Assembly: GCA_964016885.1 (NCBI GenBank) | Contig: OZ024740.1 | Span: 76,756,001-76,820,000 of the forward strand | Reading direction: 5' to 3' | Length of the DNA stretch: 64,000 bases | From: Eledone cirrhosa | Taxonomy: Eukaryota | Part shown: piece by piece, positions 40,898 to 57,091 of the stretch | Layout of the letters: the number at the start of each line of letters is the position of its first letter | Position numbering within the stretch: the stretch's first letter is position 1 | Notes under the pieces: model-generated | What the model was told of the DNA's origin: nothing | Database searches by the model: none | What the model saw: the letters and a program-made list of their open reading frames with translations, nothing else | Made by a program: the position numbers and the translations under genes

Positions 40898-41189
40898 CTT
40901 ATTTATCAATATATATATTAATATCACGCTTATAAGGACCGAGTTAAAATATCTGTGATGAAATAAGATTATCAAAGTAAATGGAAGACAACAACTCCCT
41001 CTGTTGGTGTTTAAAAATCTAAAACACTTGATGCACCTTTAAAATCTAAAATCAATAAGCAAGAAAGAAAGACATGAGGCGGCAGGAAATCGAAACCAAA
41101 TGGCTCTTTGATTACAATAGTTACTTTCCAATCCCGTAATTCTGGTTCAACCCCACATCTTTGGAAATTGCTTTCTAAGGTAGCCGCAA

Positions 41190-41945
41190 ATCAATACAAG
41201 CTTTGGGTAAATAAATTTCTCTGGAAGCTTGCTGTGTGGAATACGCGTTATTATAGATGAGTGGCTTGATCCATTTTCCGGTTTATCATTATCACGGCAA
41301 CAGAATACTGTTACCCGGATGTTAATCCATGCCCTCAGTTTGGAAACGGCAAGCACTCCAGCGGAATTACCCTCCTATTCGAAGGAGGTAAATCCCTCAT
41401 CTGGGATGCCACATGCTGTGACACGTTCACCGCCTCCAAGTTAGTCGCTTCGGCCACAAACCCCGATACTTTGGCCCGCAATGCAGAGGACAGGAAGACA
41501 AGCAAATACCGAGCCTTGTCCAGCCGCTTCCCCTTCGCACCGGTTACCGTCGAGACCTCTGGCATCTTCGGACACCGTACTAACGAACTCCTCCGCAAAT
41601 TCGGAATGTCAGCAGCTCGTCTGAGGAAGGAGCACCATGAGGTGGGGTGGCTGGCAATTGTCCGAGGAAATGCTTTTGCAGTTTTATCCGCGGAGCCCAT
41701 CACCCTCTCCCTTTTCCCATCCCTTTTATCCGTGGCTCATGAGTCCTTGCTTTTTCCCTCCTTTTCCTCTCATTTATGTCCTTTATAGTCCTTTCTTCTA
41801 TTTTCCTATACAGCCAGATCTGCCCTTCCTTACCACTTCCCTTTCTTTTCATTACTTAATTTTTTTTTTATCTCTCATTTTCATATATCCATCATTATAT
41901 AACTACTTTTTGTAAAACATAGTAGACATAATAAAATAAATAAAT
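41190..41945 (+). pseudogene. Degraded second CRE-like RLE 3' end
   Basis: LIWDATCCDTF, ARNAEDRKTSKYRALSSRFPFAPVTVETSGIFG..AIVRGNAFAVL; homologous to 22797-23261. Confidence 0.8.
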
Positions 41946-42663
41946 TTCGAAACATTTATTTAACATTCACCTTTTCTCTGGTGTCTTTTCGGCGATAATC
42001 CGTTAATCCCATAAGCTATTGATTAATTTAAAACTGTTGCTCATTCCTTTTTCTTGACGTCTAATTCTTATATATTGTATAACAATAAATATCCACCCAA
42101 CCAACAGCCACGTCTTCGGTTTCTTATCGTCATGCTCGGTTCGTTTCTAGATATTTATCATAGTACTTATCCTTCCAGATTTTGATACATCTCGGTGATA
42201 ATAAAAAATAAACGGTTTCGACCCGTCTTGCTCTAATCACCGGTAGACGGATATATGGAATAATTAATTAGCTATGGAAATACAAACCAATGGTGAATGA
42301 TGTATATTAACTGAGATATAAAACCTGTTTCTTAAAAGAGAATGTTTTCGTCTGGAAGAATCTAAATAGTTTATCAGGACCGTCAATCTCTAAATATACA
42401 GTAGAAATAGTCGGACTGGTGGAGATGGTAGAGATTGCGATATGATGATGAATATGTTCTCCTGTGTTTGTGTGTATCTTCTTAATGATACATAGTGCAA
42501 GAGTATCTATTTGTATGTATGTATGTATGTATGTATGTATGTATGTATGTATGTATGTATGTATGTATGTATGTATGTATGTATGTGTGTGCGTGTGTGT
42601 GTGTGTGTATATACTACGTACGTATGTATGTACGTATTTATGTATCTATAAATATATATATAT

Positions 42664-42824
42664 AAAGTTTAATATAGAATGGCTTCTACAGGACTAAAAC
42701 TATTTCATTCGAATGAAACAGTTTTAGTCTTGTAGAGGCCATTTCTATATTAAATTTGGTGTTTACACTCTGCTAATATATTGAGTATCTTACTGACTGT
42801 GGTCTCCCCCGATTGAACCTGGGC
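42664..42824 (+). mobile_element. Family A fold-back element copy 5
   Basis: Palindrome centred on tttcattc|gaatgaaa at 42710/42711 plus the family tail. Confidence 0.85.
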
Positions 42825-42843
42825 CTCTCTCTCTCTCTCTCTC

Positions 42844-42960
<117 letters not shown>

Positions 42961-43951
42961 AGAATAACATTAAGAAAGATGCTGTGTTTACATAAAGCGG
43001 TTTTTTCATTATAGTTATTTCTATGGCGACCCTATGCAATTTCAAGATGCAGTAGTTGCATTTGTTGCTGGTTTGGGTGCGATTTCTTCAGATGAATTTA
43101 GGTTCATGTGATATGCTGCAGGCAAAAACATGTTCTTCTTGTTTCTATTTTACTCGTTTACTTACTTTCTGTCGCTCTTGTATCACCTATCAAAATTCTA
43201 AAGTAGTCGACTGTACATTGTCACTATTGAAGGAGTGTGGTTTATCTGCAATATCAATAATAGTTGATTATCTAACATCCAACATAATCACCAACCTTCC
43301 ATCACCAGGCTTTCATTTGTCTGAATTTATCACTATTGTTTACTCAAACACTTACTAAAAACACTACCATACAGCCATTTCCCCATTATATAACCACTCC
43401 ACCATCATCCACCCACATAAGAAACCATAGACATCCACACGCTCAACCAATGTTAAAAAGTTTCTACCTTTCCTAGCATGTCAACAACCCGTCCCCTCCA
43501 GAACCTTGCGAGTAGTATCATTACTTTTTCGGTTGACACGGTGCAGGATTTAAGGTCAGAGCGCACGGACCCGAAACATGTGGCAAAAAGCATTCCATTG
43601 GACGATTTAGAAATCCCACCAATCCACCTATCTTGGACTGGCCCTTTATTTATCGATCCCCGAATGGATGAAAGATAAAATTGACCTCGCCGTGATTTGA
43701 AATTATAGCACTAACCTGGAACAAATACCAAGGAATTAATCCGATCTTCTAATATCTGTACCAGCTCGGCAATTTTTCTTATAAACATACCATAACCCCC
43801 ATCTTGAAATATTCCCTCGGCTGGAAGAAAACTAAGATCAAGATACTAAGTACTCGGATATATTAACCTTTCCATTCCCCGACGGAAATAACAAACTACA
43901 CAGTTTTGAGTTAACTCTTCGTACACGATACGTAGACCTTTCTATGTATGG

Positions 43952-44017
<66 letters not shown>

Positions 44018-44044
44018 ACACACACATACACACACACATATTTA

Positions 44045-44086
<42 letters not shown>

Positions 44087-44400
44087 CACATTCACACAAA
44101 CACAAAATATACATAATATTGAGTTTTATATGTTTACTTAACGTTTTTTTCTGTTATTCATGATGTTTTTTGTGGTCTACTTAGAACATTAAATCTCACA
44201 ACTCAAGAACCAGCATTGGTAAACGTCCATGGCCTTGTCTTTAGAATGGATTGGCCATAACGAATGTTGCCACTACAATCTGCAAGGTAGGGCAAATGTG
44301 ATCGGAATCGTCAGCATTACCATCGGAATTTCAATTAAAAAAATCCTAAACAATATATACGTCAACAGTTAGTGGGAGTATATATATAATTATATATGTG

Positions 44401-44565
<165 letters not shown>

Positions 44566-44860
44566 ATATATATATGTATATATATATATGTGTGTATGTA
44601 TATATGTATTTATGTATATGAATACATAAATGCGTGTGTATGTGTGTGTGTGAGGATATATTTATGTGTTAGTGTGCGTGTGTGTATCATTCGGGCTAAT
44701 ATGTATGCCTACACCTTATTATATACGCATGCATACCCACTTACATACATACACACATAGATGCATACACACATAGATACATACAAATATATGCAATATA
44801 TATGACACCACCACTTTTTACAGGATATTGGTTCTCCATTACTATACAAACATGTTCACA

Positions 44861-44900
<40 letters not shown>

Positions 44901-44913
44901 GTATATATTTGAC

Positions 44914-45027
<114 letters not shown>

Positions 45028-45114
45028 TAGTTTAATGGTTCGGCTCTACATGTATACATGCCGGGCGTTGTTGCATGTTTACGTTTATTGAATGAATGCG
45101 TGGGTGTGTGTGTA

Positions 45115-45172
<58 letters not shown>

Positions 45173-47399
45173 CATATGTATGTATTTATAAATACATACA
45201 TATGTACGTACATACATACATAAATACATACATACGTACGTACATACATATGTGTGTTTGTGTGTGTATGCGTGTGTTTGTGTTATAACAAAGTTGTTTC
45301 CATATCCTGTACACAGGTGTCTATAGCAGGATGTCAAGAAAACTAAACAGAAATTTATGCGCAGAAACGAGGCATATGTATCGCTGGGTTATTTAGTAGC
45401 TTATAATCATGGCGATTGAATGATCACTCAAACCCATTGATAGGAAAATTGAAAGGAAATGGCTTAAAAAATATGAATTTGCTGAAAGTGCAAAGATGTA
45501 ATGTTGTCATTCATTAAGGAAACCGTAAAAATACCGGAAGAATGTGGCACCAATATACGGAACGAAATCTGTGTAGTCAAATATAATCATTTTTACACGT
45601 TTCCTATGGTTTAATCAGGGTGCCCCTACGTTCTCGATCGATCTGTAAGACTTTAGTTTAAACCTCACTCGCCTTAAGAAAGGAAGAACCGAACCAATTG
45701 TTCATCTATCTACTTTAAATAGAAACTAAATTTGCCTCAAATCCTACCCTATCGTTTAGAATTATTTTCAAGGGAGGGTCTACACGTTTCGGTATGTTCG
45801 AAGTAGAAGTCTCATCTCCCTCATATCCTATACTTTCGTCTTACAAATGTGAGGAACTATTGCCTAATGTAGCTCTAAATATATTATGCTTGCAAATATA
45901 AAAGACTTAATGCAATGCTTCTAATCATACGTTTGCTGGATCAGGTCTGACTTATAGCTAAACATTTTCCAAGCTATCACAGTCTTTAATACAGATATGT
46001 AGGTATTTAGCAAATTAATCTTTATATTATACAACCGTTCCAGTAATAAATATCTCGTCTATTTGTTTGGTCAGGGGAGGGGTATGCCCATGACCCTTCT
46101 CAGGACCTCCAAGACTAGTGGGAGGAAAAAGATATCCACAAACTGGGATCCTGGTTCGAATGCTTGCCATAGTAGATTTGAGCTCAGAAAAGAAAGAGCC
46201 AGAACAAATACTGCAAGGCATCTCATCCGATACTCAAACAATTTCACCAATCCACCACTCATGATTGGTACGTTACTTTATCGAAAGGACGATTGGCAAA
46301 GTTGACCTCGGCAAGATTTGCATGCGAAATGCAAAGAGCCCTGCGTTCTAATGTCTCGGCCAATTTACCACCTTACAGTTTTTACTAATGTTAGTTGTTG
46401 CTATTGTTGTTAGCTCATGCCAGTCGGGAATGAAGAAGCCTATTATCAAATGCATACCATTTCCTACAATCGTCATTTCACATGTTTTGAACCACCTTCT
46501 TCTCCATTTTTTAAAATGTGCAAGGTGTCATTTTTGGAAATGTTGCTTCTAAGCAGTTGTGTTGACGTGTCACCCCGTCGACACTTTGCATACCCTTCCA
46601 TTTTTAAGACAGTGTGATTAAAGCAAGACGTGGCCACTGTCCGGCAAATTTGCAGTCTTTATTGTGTAGGTCAATATACCTTTCGATAGTTGTTTCGTTT
46701 ATCTGAAGTCTGAGTTCTAATCCCATCAAGATCAAAGATTACACTTTATCTTTTCTGTTTTTGTTGGTGTGCAGGGGAAAGTAAAATACCAGTCTAAAGC
46801 TCTAGATCTTGGGAATTGTTAAGGATTCGGACAAGATATCTTGCAGTATTTGTTCCGTTTCTTTGCAGTAAGGGATCAAAGGCTTTTGGGGTCTAATTTT
46901 TGGTGGTAAATTGAATCTTATGCCATTACCTAACCTTTGGGTGCCTTTAATGCAGTCCACACTATTGCAAGAATTCGGGCTATTTTTATTTTCCGATTAG
47001 AGAATGCCTTTCTTCCTCTCCCTCTCCATTAGTCCCAGAAGCCATGAACAGCGATATAGGTTCAGCTCTTCCCGCCTTAACCAATTAATAAAAAATTGTC
47101 AAGCTATCGAATAGAGATTCGCTTGATACTTTCTACACGCGTCAGTAATTAGAGGTCAAAGAAATAATAACATAAATAATTTTCTCAGCTCTCTGTGTGT
47201 TTCATTTAAGTTTCTCTTATTGTTCCACATTCTCACTAGTTCAAAGACGCTTTATACAATTATTTCCTGAATGAACTTCTCAACGGTAAAGCAATCTTTC
47301 AATCTTTCAAAATGAACTGTTCTAATAGATTATTATAAAGATATAAAGTAATTGATGTAATTAGAATTATGTTTCATATATATTTATATATATATATAT

Positions 47400-47470
<71 letters not shown>

Positions 47471-47559
47471 GGAAAATGTGAAGTTCGGTGTAGATGTTAA
47501 AAAATTGTTTATTTTCAAACATCTACACTGACCTTCGCATTTTCATTATTCTATATATA

Positions 47560-47712
47560 CGCGGTGGATTGGCAGTATCGGTAGAGGGTCGGACGCCATG
47601 CTTTGACGCATAGAGTTACGGCCCTTGCCATTCTGAGTTCAAATCCCGCCGAGGTTAACTTTGCCTTTCATCCTTACGGGGTCGATAAAATAAGTACCAG
47701 TAATGCACTGAG
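47560..47712 (+). mobile_element. Meta-like SINE
   Basis: gcggtggattggcagtatcggtagagggtcggacgccatgc..ctgagttcaaatcccgccgagg.. Confidence 0.9.
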
Positions 47713-49021
47713 TAAAAACAATTATTCTATATATACTCCGTCACAGAATGTCAAATTATATTCGGAGAAAACACATGACATTGAGTACTTAAACTGCTTG
47801 CATCATTATTCCCTGATCGGTGTGTTGTACACGCAAACCCGATAAGTCAAAATGTTTAATGTAAGTATATATATAAATATATATACATACAATTCTAATT
47901 TCATCATATCAAGACGAATGTCCTCAAGAACAGGGTTGTAACATAAAATAGATTGTATATATGGAGCAAACGTTGCACAGGAGAATGACAACCAGGTAGT
48001 GCGCAGAAAAGGACATGTGAGTGGGGTTGAAGATATGTTTAAGCAGGGATTTAATTCGCATATTTCAACACATAACGAAGCATGAATGGTAATTAACAGG
48101 CAGAGATATACCTCCGAGTATCGAAAAAGTATGGGATTTGTACCAGCGAGAAAACCAGAATTCTCCAGAGTTTAAAGAATATCTCAACTTCAAAAATGAG
48201 ATTTTTAGGAACTGTTTAGTCTCTTCCTGGAAACTCTAACCCCATACCTACAGCCTGAACAGCTAAATGAACAAAACCTTCCATGGTTATACTTTATAGC
48301 TGCGAAGAGACTTATATCATATAATATTTCGCATTTTCCACCATAACGTCACATAAAATATCACTCATTGATGGGTTGAACATATGGTTTGATTAACATC
48401 AACTCTGTCTTACAAACATACTACCTATTAACATACTATCTTTATATAAGTCTATTGTGTTTCTATAGATTTGTTATCTTTTTTCTTCTCTAGCTTCCCT
48501 CAATCAATGTAACTCTTACCTAACGGCGTGCTCGCTATGTCAATATGTTCGCTATACTTTTATTAAGTAAATATATAAACTTTCACTAAATGCCAAATTG
48601 TACTTTACACAAATAAATATTTGTAAGCTCGGGCGTGTGAGCGTATATGTGAATGGATATATTGATACATGTGTATTTATTATCCATGTCTGTTTACAAA
48701 CAATACAACTTGTAGCCTAAACTGTGACAAATGTGGTGGATACACATTTATATTATTAACCATGTAAATAAGTCAATACTCCCTAAATTGAAAAAGATTA
48801 ACCGCTTTAACCGAGTTTTAATCATTGTTGAGATCGTCATTAAAAGCTATCTGTATCCTTGGAGAAATATACAACTAAAGACAGTCATACACATGAAGCA
48901 TGGCAGATATAAAGAACTGGATTTACTAAATGGTAGTAAATCCAATAATATATTAAAATGTATACTATACATTTTTATCTACAGAACAGGTTTAAACCAA
49001 AGCTGGGAGAAATGGGTGTAA

Positions 49022-49936
49022 TCTATATATATAAAACTGTGGTTGTCTGTCTGTCTATCGATTTTTGGCACACATCTCCTCTTAGAATCTCTCACGGAAT
49101 TGCACCGAAATTGCTATACTTGTACATTGAGCCCTAGCGAAGACATCGGAAAAAAAATAATTTCAAATTGACCCACCCTATGTGACGAAATCGAATATAA
49201 TGTATCGATTTTTGAGCGTAAGTGATCAGTTATTTCACTTTGTTCTGTTTACATTGAGCGTCTTACGTAAAAAATTACGCTGGATTTAACAGTTGTCGAG
49301 CCAGCAAAATATTGACCTGCAAAATTCATCAGTTCGAACACTAAGCTTCCGTTTTGCTTCATTTCCATTTAAAAGCATTTTAAAACAATATTTTTACTTG
49401 AAAACAAGTCTATTTAAAGACTACGTAAAACAAGCAAATATTTCGTCGTTAGGCGTGCAGACAGACAGTCGTGCAGACAGACAGTCGTGCAGAGAGGTGA
49501 TATAGGCGTGCAGACAGACAGTCGTGCAGAGAGGTGATATAGGCGTGCAGACAGACAGTCGTGCAGAGAGGTGATATAGGCGTGCAGACAGACAGTCGTG
49601 CAGAGAGGTGATATAGGCGTGCAGACAGACATAACTGATAATTTGGTTACGCTAATGTTTTTCTCTGCGTTGCAGTGTTTACATTTTCGATCTTTGTTAA
49701 TAAGTAACCAGTGCAGTTTTTATCCCCAGCATCCTCTTTTGTTATAACATTCGAGTTATCGTTATGTTTTCTTAACTTCATAAGGCATATTGTTGGTTGA
49801 GGGAATATTAATCAAAAACACCACATGCAAGTCTGCACAGTAGACACTACAGTTTTTAAGCCAAAAAAGAAACTTAACATTGTAACTTTAACACAGCTAC
49901 TGAGCGACCCCGAGCAACGCCGGGCTTTACTGCTAG
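49022..49936 (+). mobile_element. Non-autonomous Helitron with an internal 37-bp minisatellite (49451-49630)
   Basis: A|TCtatatatataaaactg start; cccgagcaacgccggg hairpin; CTAG|T end; unit aggcgtgcagacagacagtcgtgcagagaggtgatat. Confidence 0.88.
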
Positions 49937-50825
49937 TTACATATAAATTAAATCCTGAAAACGTTCTTATGTAATGTATGAATTAATATTAAAAAATGTT
50001 TTACTATTTTAGAAGATGGAAACTTCAGACCATTATACAAATAATAATTCTCTCTGGACGTTAATACATTTAGAACATCCAGACCTGATTCTCATAACAT
50101 TAATTTGCCATGCTTTCCAGTTAGCACGTTGCATTTCTCCTAAGCAATTCCCTTCTAATTTTGCTAAACAGTTAAAAGAGACTTACAACTGGTTTCACAA
50201 ATGATCGCCGTGAAGAGAATCTTATATAATCATTAAAAATGTCTGCTCCTTTCAGCCCAAAACACGTAGTGACAATTAATTGTATACAAAGTATTATTTT
50301 CCTGTGAGGTGCATTGAAATTACATTTCTAAATTTTGTTGCAACAAGTACTATGAAAGAAAATTCGATGTTATGTAATCAACACAACGATTAAACTTTTT
50401 AAAACATTTATGTGACCAGTGTTGAAGAAATTTGAAAAACAATAGTAATTTGCAGTTCCAAAACAAGATGGTAAATCCAGCTGTATCGTAGATGAAATAT
50501 GCAGTTTAACATATTGTATGCTTATAAAAAGTTTGCATCTTTAATGTGAAATCTTGAAACGAAGTTATACGTAGTACTTCGAAGTTATACAGTACTTCCT
50601 AAGTAAATAAAGTAATGCACTTAGTATACGAATTATCTAACATTTCATCAAAAACAAATATTTCAATAAGGAAAATTGTAGGAAATCTGTTTCTAAGCTT
50701 TTCAATAAGATATACAGAGAACTTTTGAAATGATGCCATTCAAGACAGAAATTATTAGAAATTGCTCTTCCCTTACTTTGTCTTTTGCAGCTCGCAGTTT
50801 AGGTTTTTGCTAATCGATTTAAAAG

Positions 50826-51050
50826 TTGAAAAGTACAGAACATGTGGCGCAAACTGCAAACAGATTGTCGGAATTTTGGTGTGAAGCAGCAACACTTAAA
50901 ATACATCTGGTGAGCCCGGATTGCCAAAATTTGTCAGAATACGCATCGAATGTTTACAATAATCCTGTAAGCCACGTATCAGTTGAAAGAGTGTTTTCAA
51001 GTATAACCTTCATCAAAGTTGATTTAAGAAAAAGGAAAGGGCTGGATTGA
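50826..51050 (+). pseudogene. hAT transposase C-terminal dimerisation domain remnant
   Basis: EFW..NLSEYA..PVSHVSVERVFS..IK..LR pattern. Confidence 0.65.
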
Positions 51051-51237
51051 CTTTCATAACTTCTAAAACTTAAACAAAACATTAGCTGCTTGAATTATAT
51101 TCCTAGCAAACCCATGCCAAAGGACAGAGAAGGAAATTAGTGAAGAGGAACATAAAAACTCTTGAGGCATTAAAATTCTAATTTTTAAAGTAAAAAAAAA
51201 TCATATGGAATATCATGTTACATTATTAACTAAGTAA

Positions 51238-53970
<2,733 letters not shown>

Positions 53971-54007
53971 TATATATGTGTTTGTGTCTATATTATATCT
54001 TTTTTTA

Positions 54008-54149
54008 AGCATAGAGTTACGTCCCTTTATGATCTGAGTTCAAATCCCGCCGAGGTTAACTTTGCCTTTCATCCTTACGGGGTCGATAAAATAAAGTACC
54101 AGTAATGTACTGGGTAATTGCTGGCCTTGTGCCTCAAATAGAAACAATC
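54008..54149 (+). mobile_element. Meta-like SINE, 5'-truncated
   Basis: ctgagttcaaatcccgccgaggttaactttgcctttcatccttacggggtcgataaaataaagtacc. Confidence 0.9.
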
Positions 54150-54354
54150 ATATCTGTATTTTTGACCGTTGCTCAGTCAATGGTAACATTGAGGACCGGA
54201 TAAATTAAATTAACTGATATAAAAGATACAGAAGCTAAAACCAACCAAAAAGTGAGTGTGTTCTGTTATTAATTCTGGCAATATTATTACACAAATATGA
54301 CCCTCCCTAAGTATAACAATATTTGTTTCGACACATATCAAAAACCTCGCAAAA

Positions 54355-54404
<50 letters not shown>

Positions 54405-54820
54405 AATGAGAAATACAGATACATGTGAATACATACATATACATGCATATACACACACACATCTTTCACAAGTATGTGAGATTGTGTGTTGCCAACCTTA
54501 ACCGTTGTTGCTCTATGGTTAAGAGGGACAAAATAAACGGAATGAATTAAATTGACTCTATATTGTCTATAACTCCCTCACGGTAGAGTAACCACAGAAG
54601 TAGAGTGACTGCTTTCAAGCTAATTCTATTTACACTTCTAGCCTCCCTTGCCACCTCGTCTGTAGCCTAGGTATTAATGCCCCCTCCGCCATTTGTGACA
54701 TTTCTCCTGGCTATAAGGGACTTTGTTTCTTGACCGCTGTATCACATGATAAATACCCTCTCCGCCTTCCCGCGATTCTCTCTCGCGCGATGCAGACCTG
54801 TTTTGAAACTTTATATGAGG

Positions 54821-54916
54821 TATTCTCTTGATAAGTTTGCAAACCTCACAAGAATACTACATCTCTATGATATAGGATTTTTGCAAAGTAGCCACGAAAC
54901 TGTACAGTCGAGAATG
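54821..54916 (+). ncRNA. Hammerhead ribozyme with U3-A8 core and long stem II
   Basis: TATTCTC TTGATAA GT TTGCAAA..TTTGCAA..AC GAAA CTGTACAG TC GAGAATG; 7-bp stem I, GUC site. Confidence 0.8.
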
Positions 54917-55029
54917 TGAAGAAATAATAGGTATTTATTTATTTATGCCTAATGTTTCTTCTTTGTTTATAATGTATTATACATACATATATATATACAT
55001 ATACATATACATATATATATAAAGTTTAC

Positions 55030-55890
55030 TTAGAAATTGCTGCACAGGCGGGAGTGGAGATACTCACAACACCATGGCTGTCAGAATGTGTTATGGATTG
55101 GATTCCATTAGGAGGGAGGATTTGCCTTTTGAAGCCTAAGCTGAAAGATAGGCCTCTGTGGTTATTTCAAGTTTATGCACCAAACGAGTCCGAATATAGA
55201 TCCTTCTTTGATGAAGTCGCTGCAGCATTAGATGTAGTTAGACTACAATGCACATGTTGGCACTAACCACCTGACATGGAAAGAATCGATTGGAAGGAAT
55301 GATGACCCATATCTAAATACGAATGGAGAGTCCTTATTAGACTTTTGTTCTAGCAATGGACTCTGTATTATGAACACCTTCTAGGACAGAGACATCCATA
55401 AATATACATGGTATAAGGACAATCAGGGACAGAGATCAATAACTGATTTTGTTATTGTCTCTGATCTCTGCGATTCTATGCTAGATGTTCGTCTTAAGAG
55501 AGGGGTTGAGCTGTCAACTGATCTAATTATCTGCAAATCGATACGACCTAAAGCCAAAGAAGTCCAGAAAACAGGCAGGTCCAGGGTAACCTACAGTATA
55601 AAGTGAGAAGCATTAGTGGATAAGGAAGTCAGGATCACGTATGCAGATACTATTGTATCCAAATTCAGTGAACTCCCTGAGCAAACTGAGGACGCTGTAA
55701 CAGAGTGAAGATTGTTCTGCTCAGCAGTTTCTGCTTCAGCTTTTAAATGCTGCAGGCGAAAACGGCTTGGTGTGGCGCTGGATGGCAGGAGGACCCCTTG
55801 GTTCAATCAAGACGTCAAAGATGCCATCCGAGCAAAGAAGGAGGCCACAAAAGCTTGGCTTGGAAATAAGTCCTTGTTCTTGTAATTGCG
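55030..55890 (+). pseudogene. Degraded RTE-like LINE endonuclease region
   Basis: GRICLLK..LFQVYAPN, DIHKYTWY, QRS..DFVIVS, RGVELSTD, RRTPWFNQDVKDAIRAKK across frames. Confidence 0.8.
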
Positions 55891-55894
55891 GTAT

Positions 55895-56029
55895 AAGGAT
55901 GATTTCATACGAGTGAAACAGTTCTAGTTACATAGAAATTATTTCTATATACACAATAAAAATACCTATGTTCTATCAACGTATTAAGTACCTATTTTAT
56001 CTGTGCTTAACCCACGACACAAATCGGGT

Positions 56030-56031
<2 letters not shown>
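55895..56031 (+). mobile_element. Family A copy 6 (diverged)
   Basis: gatgatttcatacgagtGAAACAGttctagt..atttctatat..attaagtacc..aatcgggta. Confidence 0.6.
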
Positions 56032-56113
<82 letters not shown>

Positions 56114-56463
56114 AATTAGTATATCTACCAACATATATATACAGATGTATACCTATGCAAGCAAATATATAGGATTTGTCTTAGTAACTTTGTGGTTCAA
56201 ATTATTTTGTTGAGCAAAAATTTGCCAAAATTACTACTATGATTCATAGTAATAGCTTGGCTACTGTCTTTTTAACACCCCACTCCTCACTGATTAACCT
56301 CGATGTCACGTGATTGATTCTTTTGAATTTGCCACCGAACAAGAAGGCAGTGATTTTTTCAGTGTCTTGAAATTTAGTCCCCGCTTGCTCTTTTTCATCC
56401 ACTGAATTATTTTTGTATAAGTTCCCTGTGTCCACGCATCGCCAGGTATCTTAGCTGAGAATG

Positions 56464-56545
56464 ACTCCCTGATGAAGAAAAGGTTTCTCCATGGTCTCCA
56501 TTGGAGACTATGGATATTCCCTTTCAGATACTAATTAGTTGGAAT
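56464..56545 (+). ncRNA. Hammerhead motif, one core mutation (GATA)
   Basis: acTCC CTGATGA a GAAAAGG..TCCATGGTCTCCA t TGGAGACTATGGA..CCCTTTC a GATA CTAATTAG TT GGAat. Confidence 0.65.
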
Positions 56546-56808
56546 GAAATTTAAGTAAGTAAGCTAATTACTATAATTTTTTTATTTTACGTTTTTCACA
56601 TATATATATATATATATATCATTTGGTTGTTTTGACTGCTGCTATTTATAGTGGTAGTAGATTAACCTCTCTGCCTCTGCCTTCTATCTTTGTACACGGC
56701 ACTGGACAGAATTGCTTCTACTTCATTCATTCTCATCTCGGGAACAATTTTGAATAGCGCCAGTTCGTAATTCGAACTCGGGAATTTTATATTCTCCGAG
56801 TGAAAAGA

Positions 56809-56894
56809 ACCTTCTGACGAGAGTTTTTCTTTTCAATGGAGGCTCGTAAGGACTATCCATTTATTTTTGAGATTCGAAACCATACGGTAAAGGT
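56809..56894 (+). ncRNA. Type I hammerhead ribozyme with long stem II
   Basis: ACCTT CTGACGA GAGTTTT..AATGGA..TCCATT..GAGATTC GAAA CC atac GG TA AAGGT. Confidence 0.85.
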
Positions 56895-57091
56895 AACCAT
56901 AGCAAGTACAGTGAATTTTTTAAAATTTATTTTAAAACTTTTTCTTATTTGCTACGTATGTATGTATGTATGTATGTATGTATGTATGTATGTATGTATG
57001 TATGTATGTATGTATGTATGTATGTATGTATGTATGTATGTATGTATGTATGTATATATGTGTTCTTCCTGAATGTATGTATGTATATATG

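Noticed and set aside
47560-47650. tRNA gene
   Set aside because: The A/B boxes belong to a multi-copy SINE head with no cloverleaf.
49451-49630. 37-bp repeats as a CRISPR array
   Set aside because: Head-to-tail without unique spacers, inside a Helitron, eukaryotic context, no cas genes.
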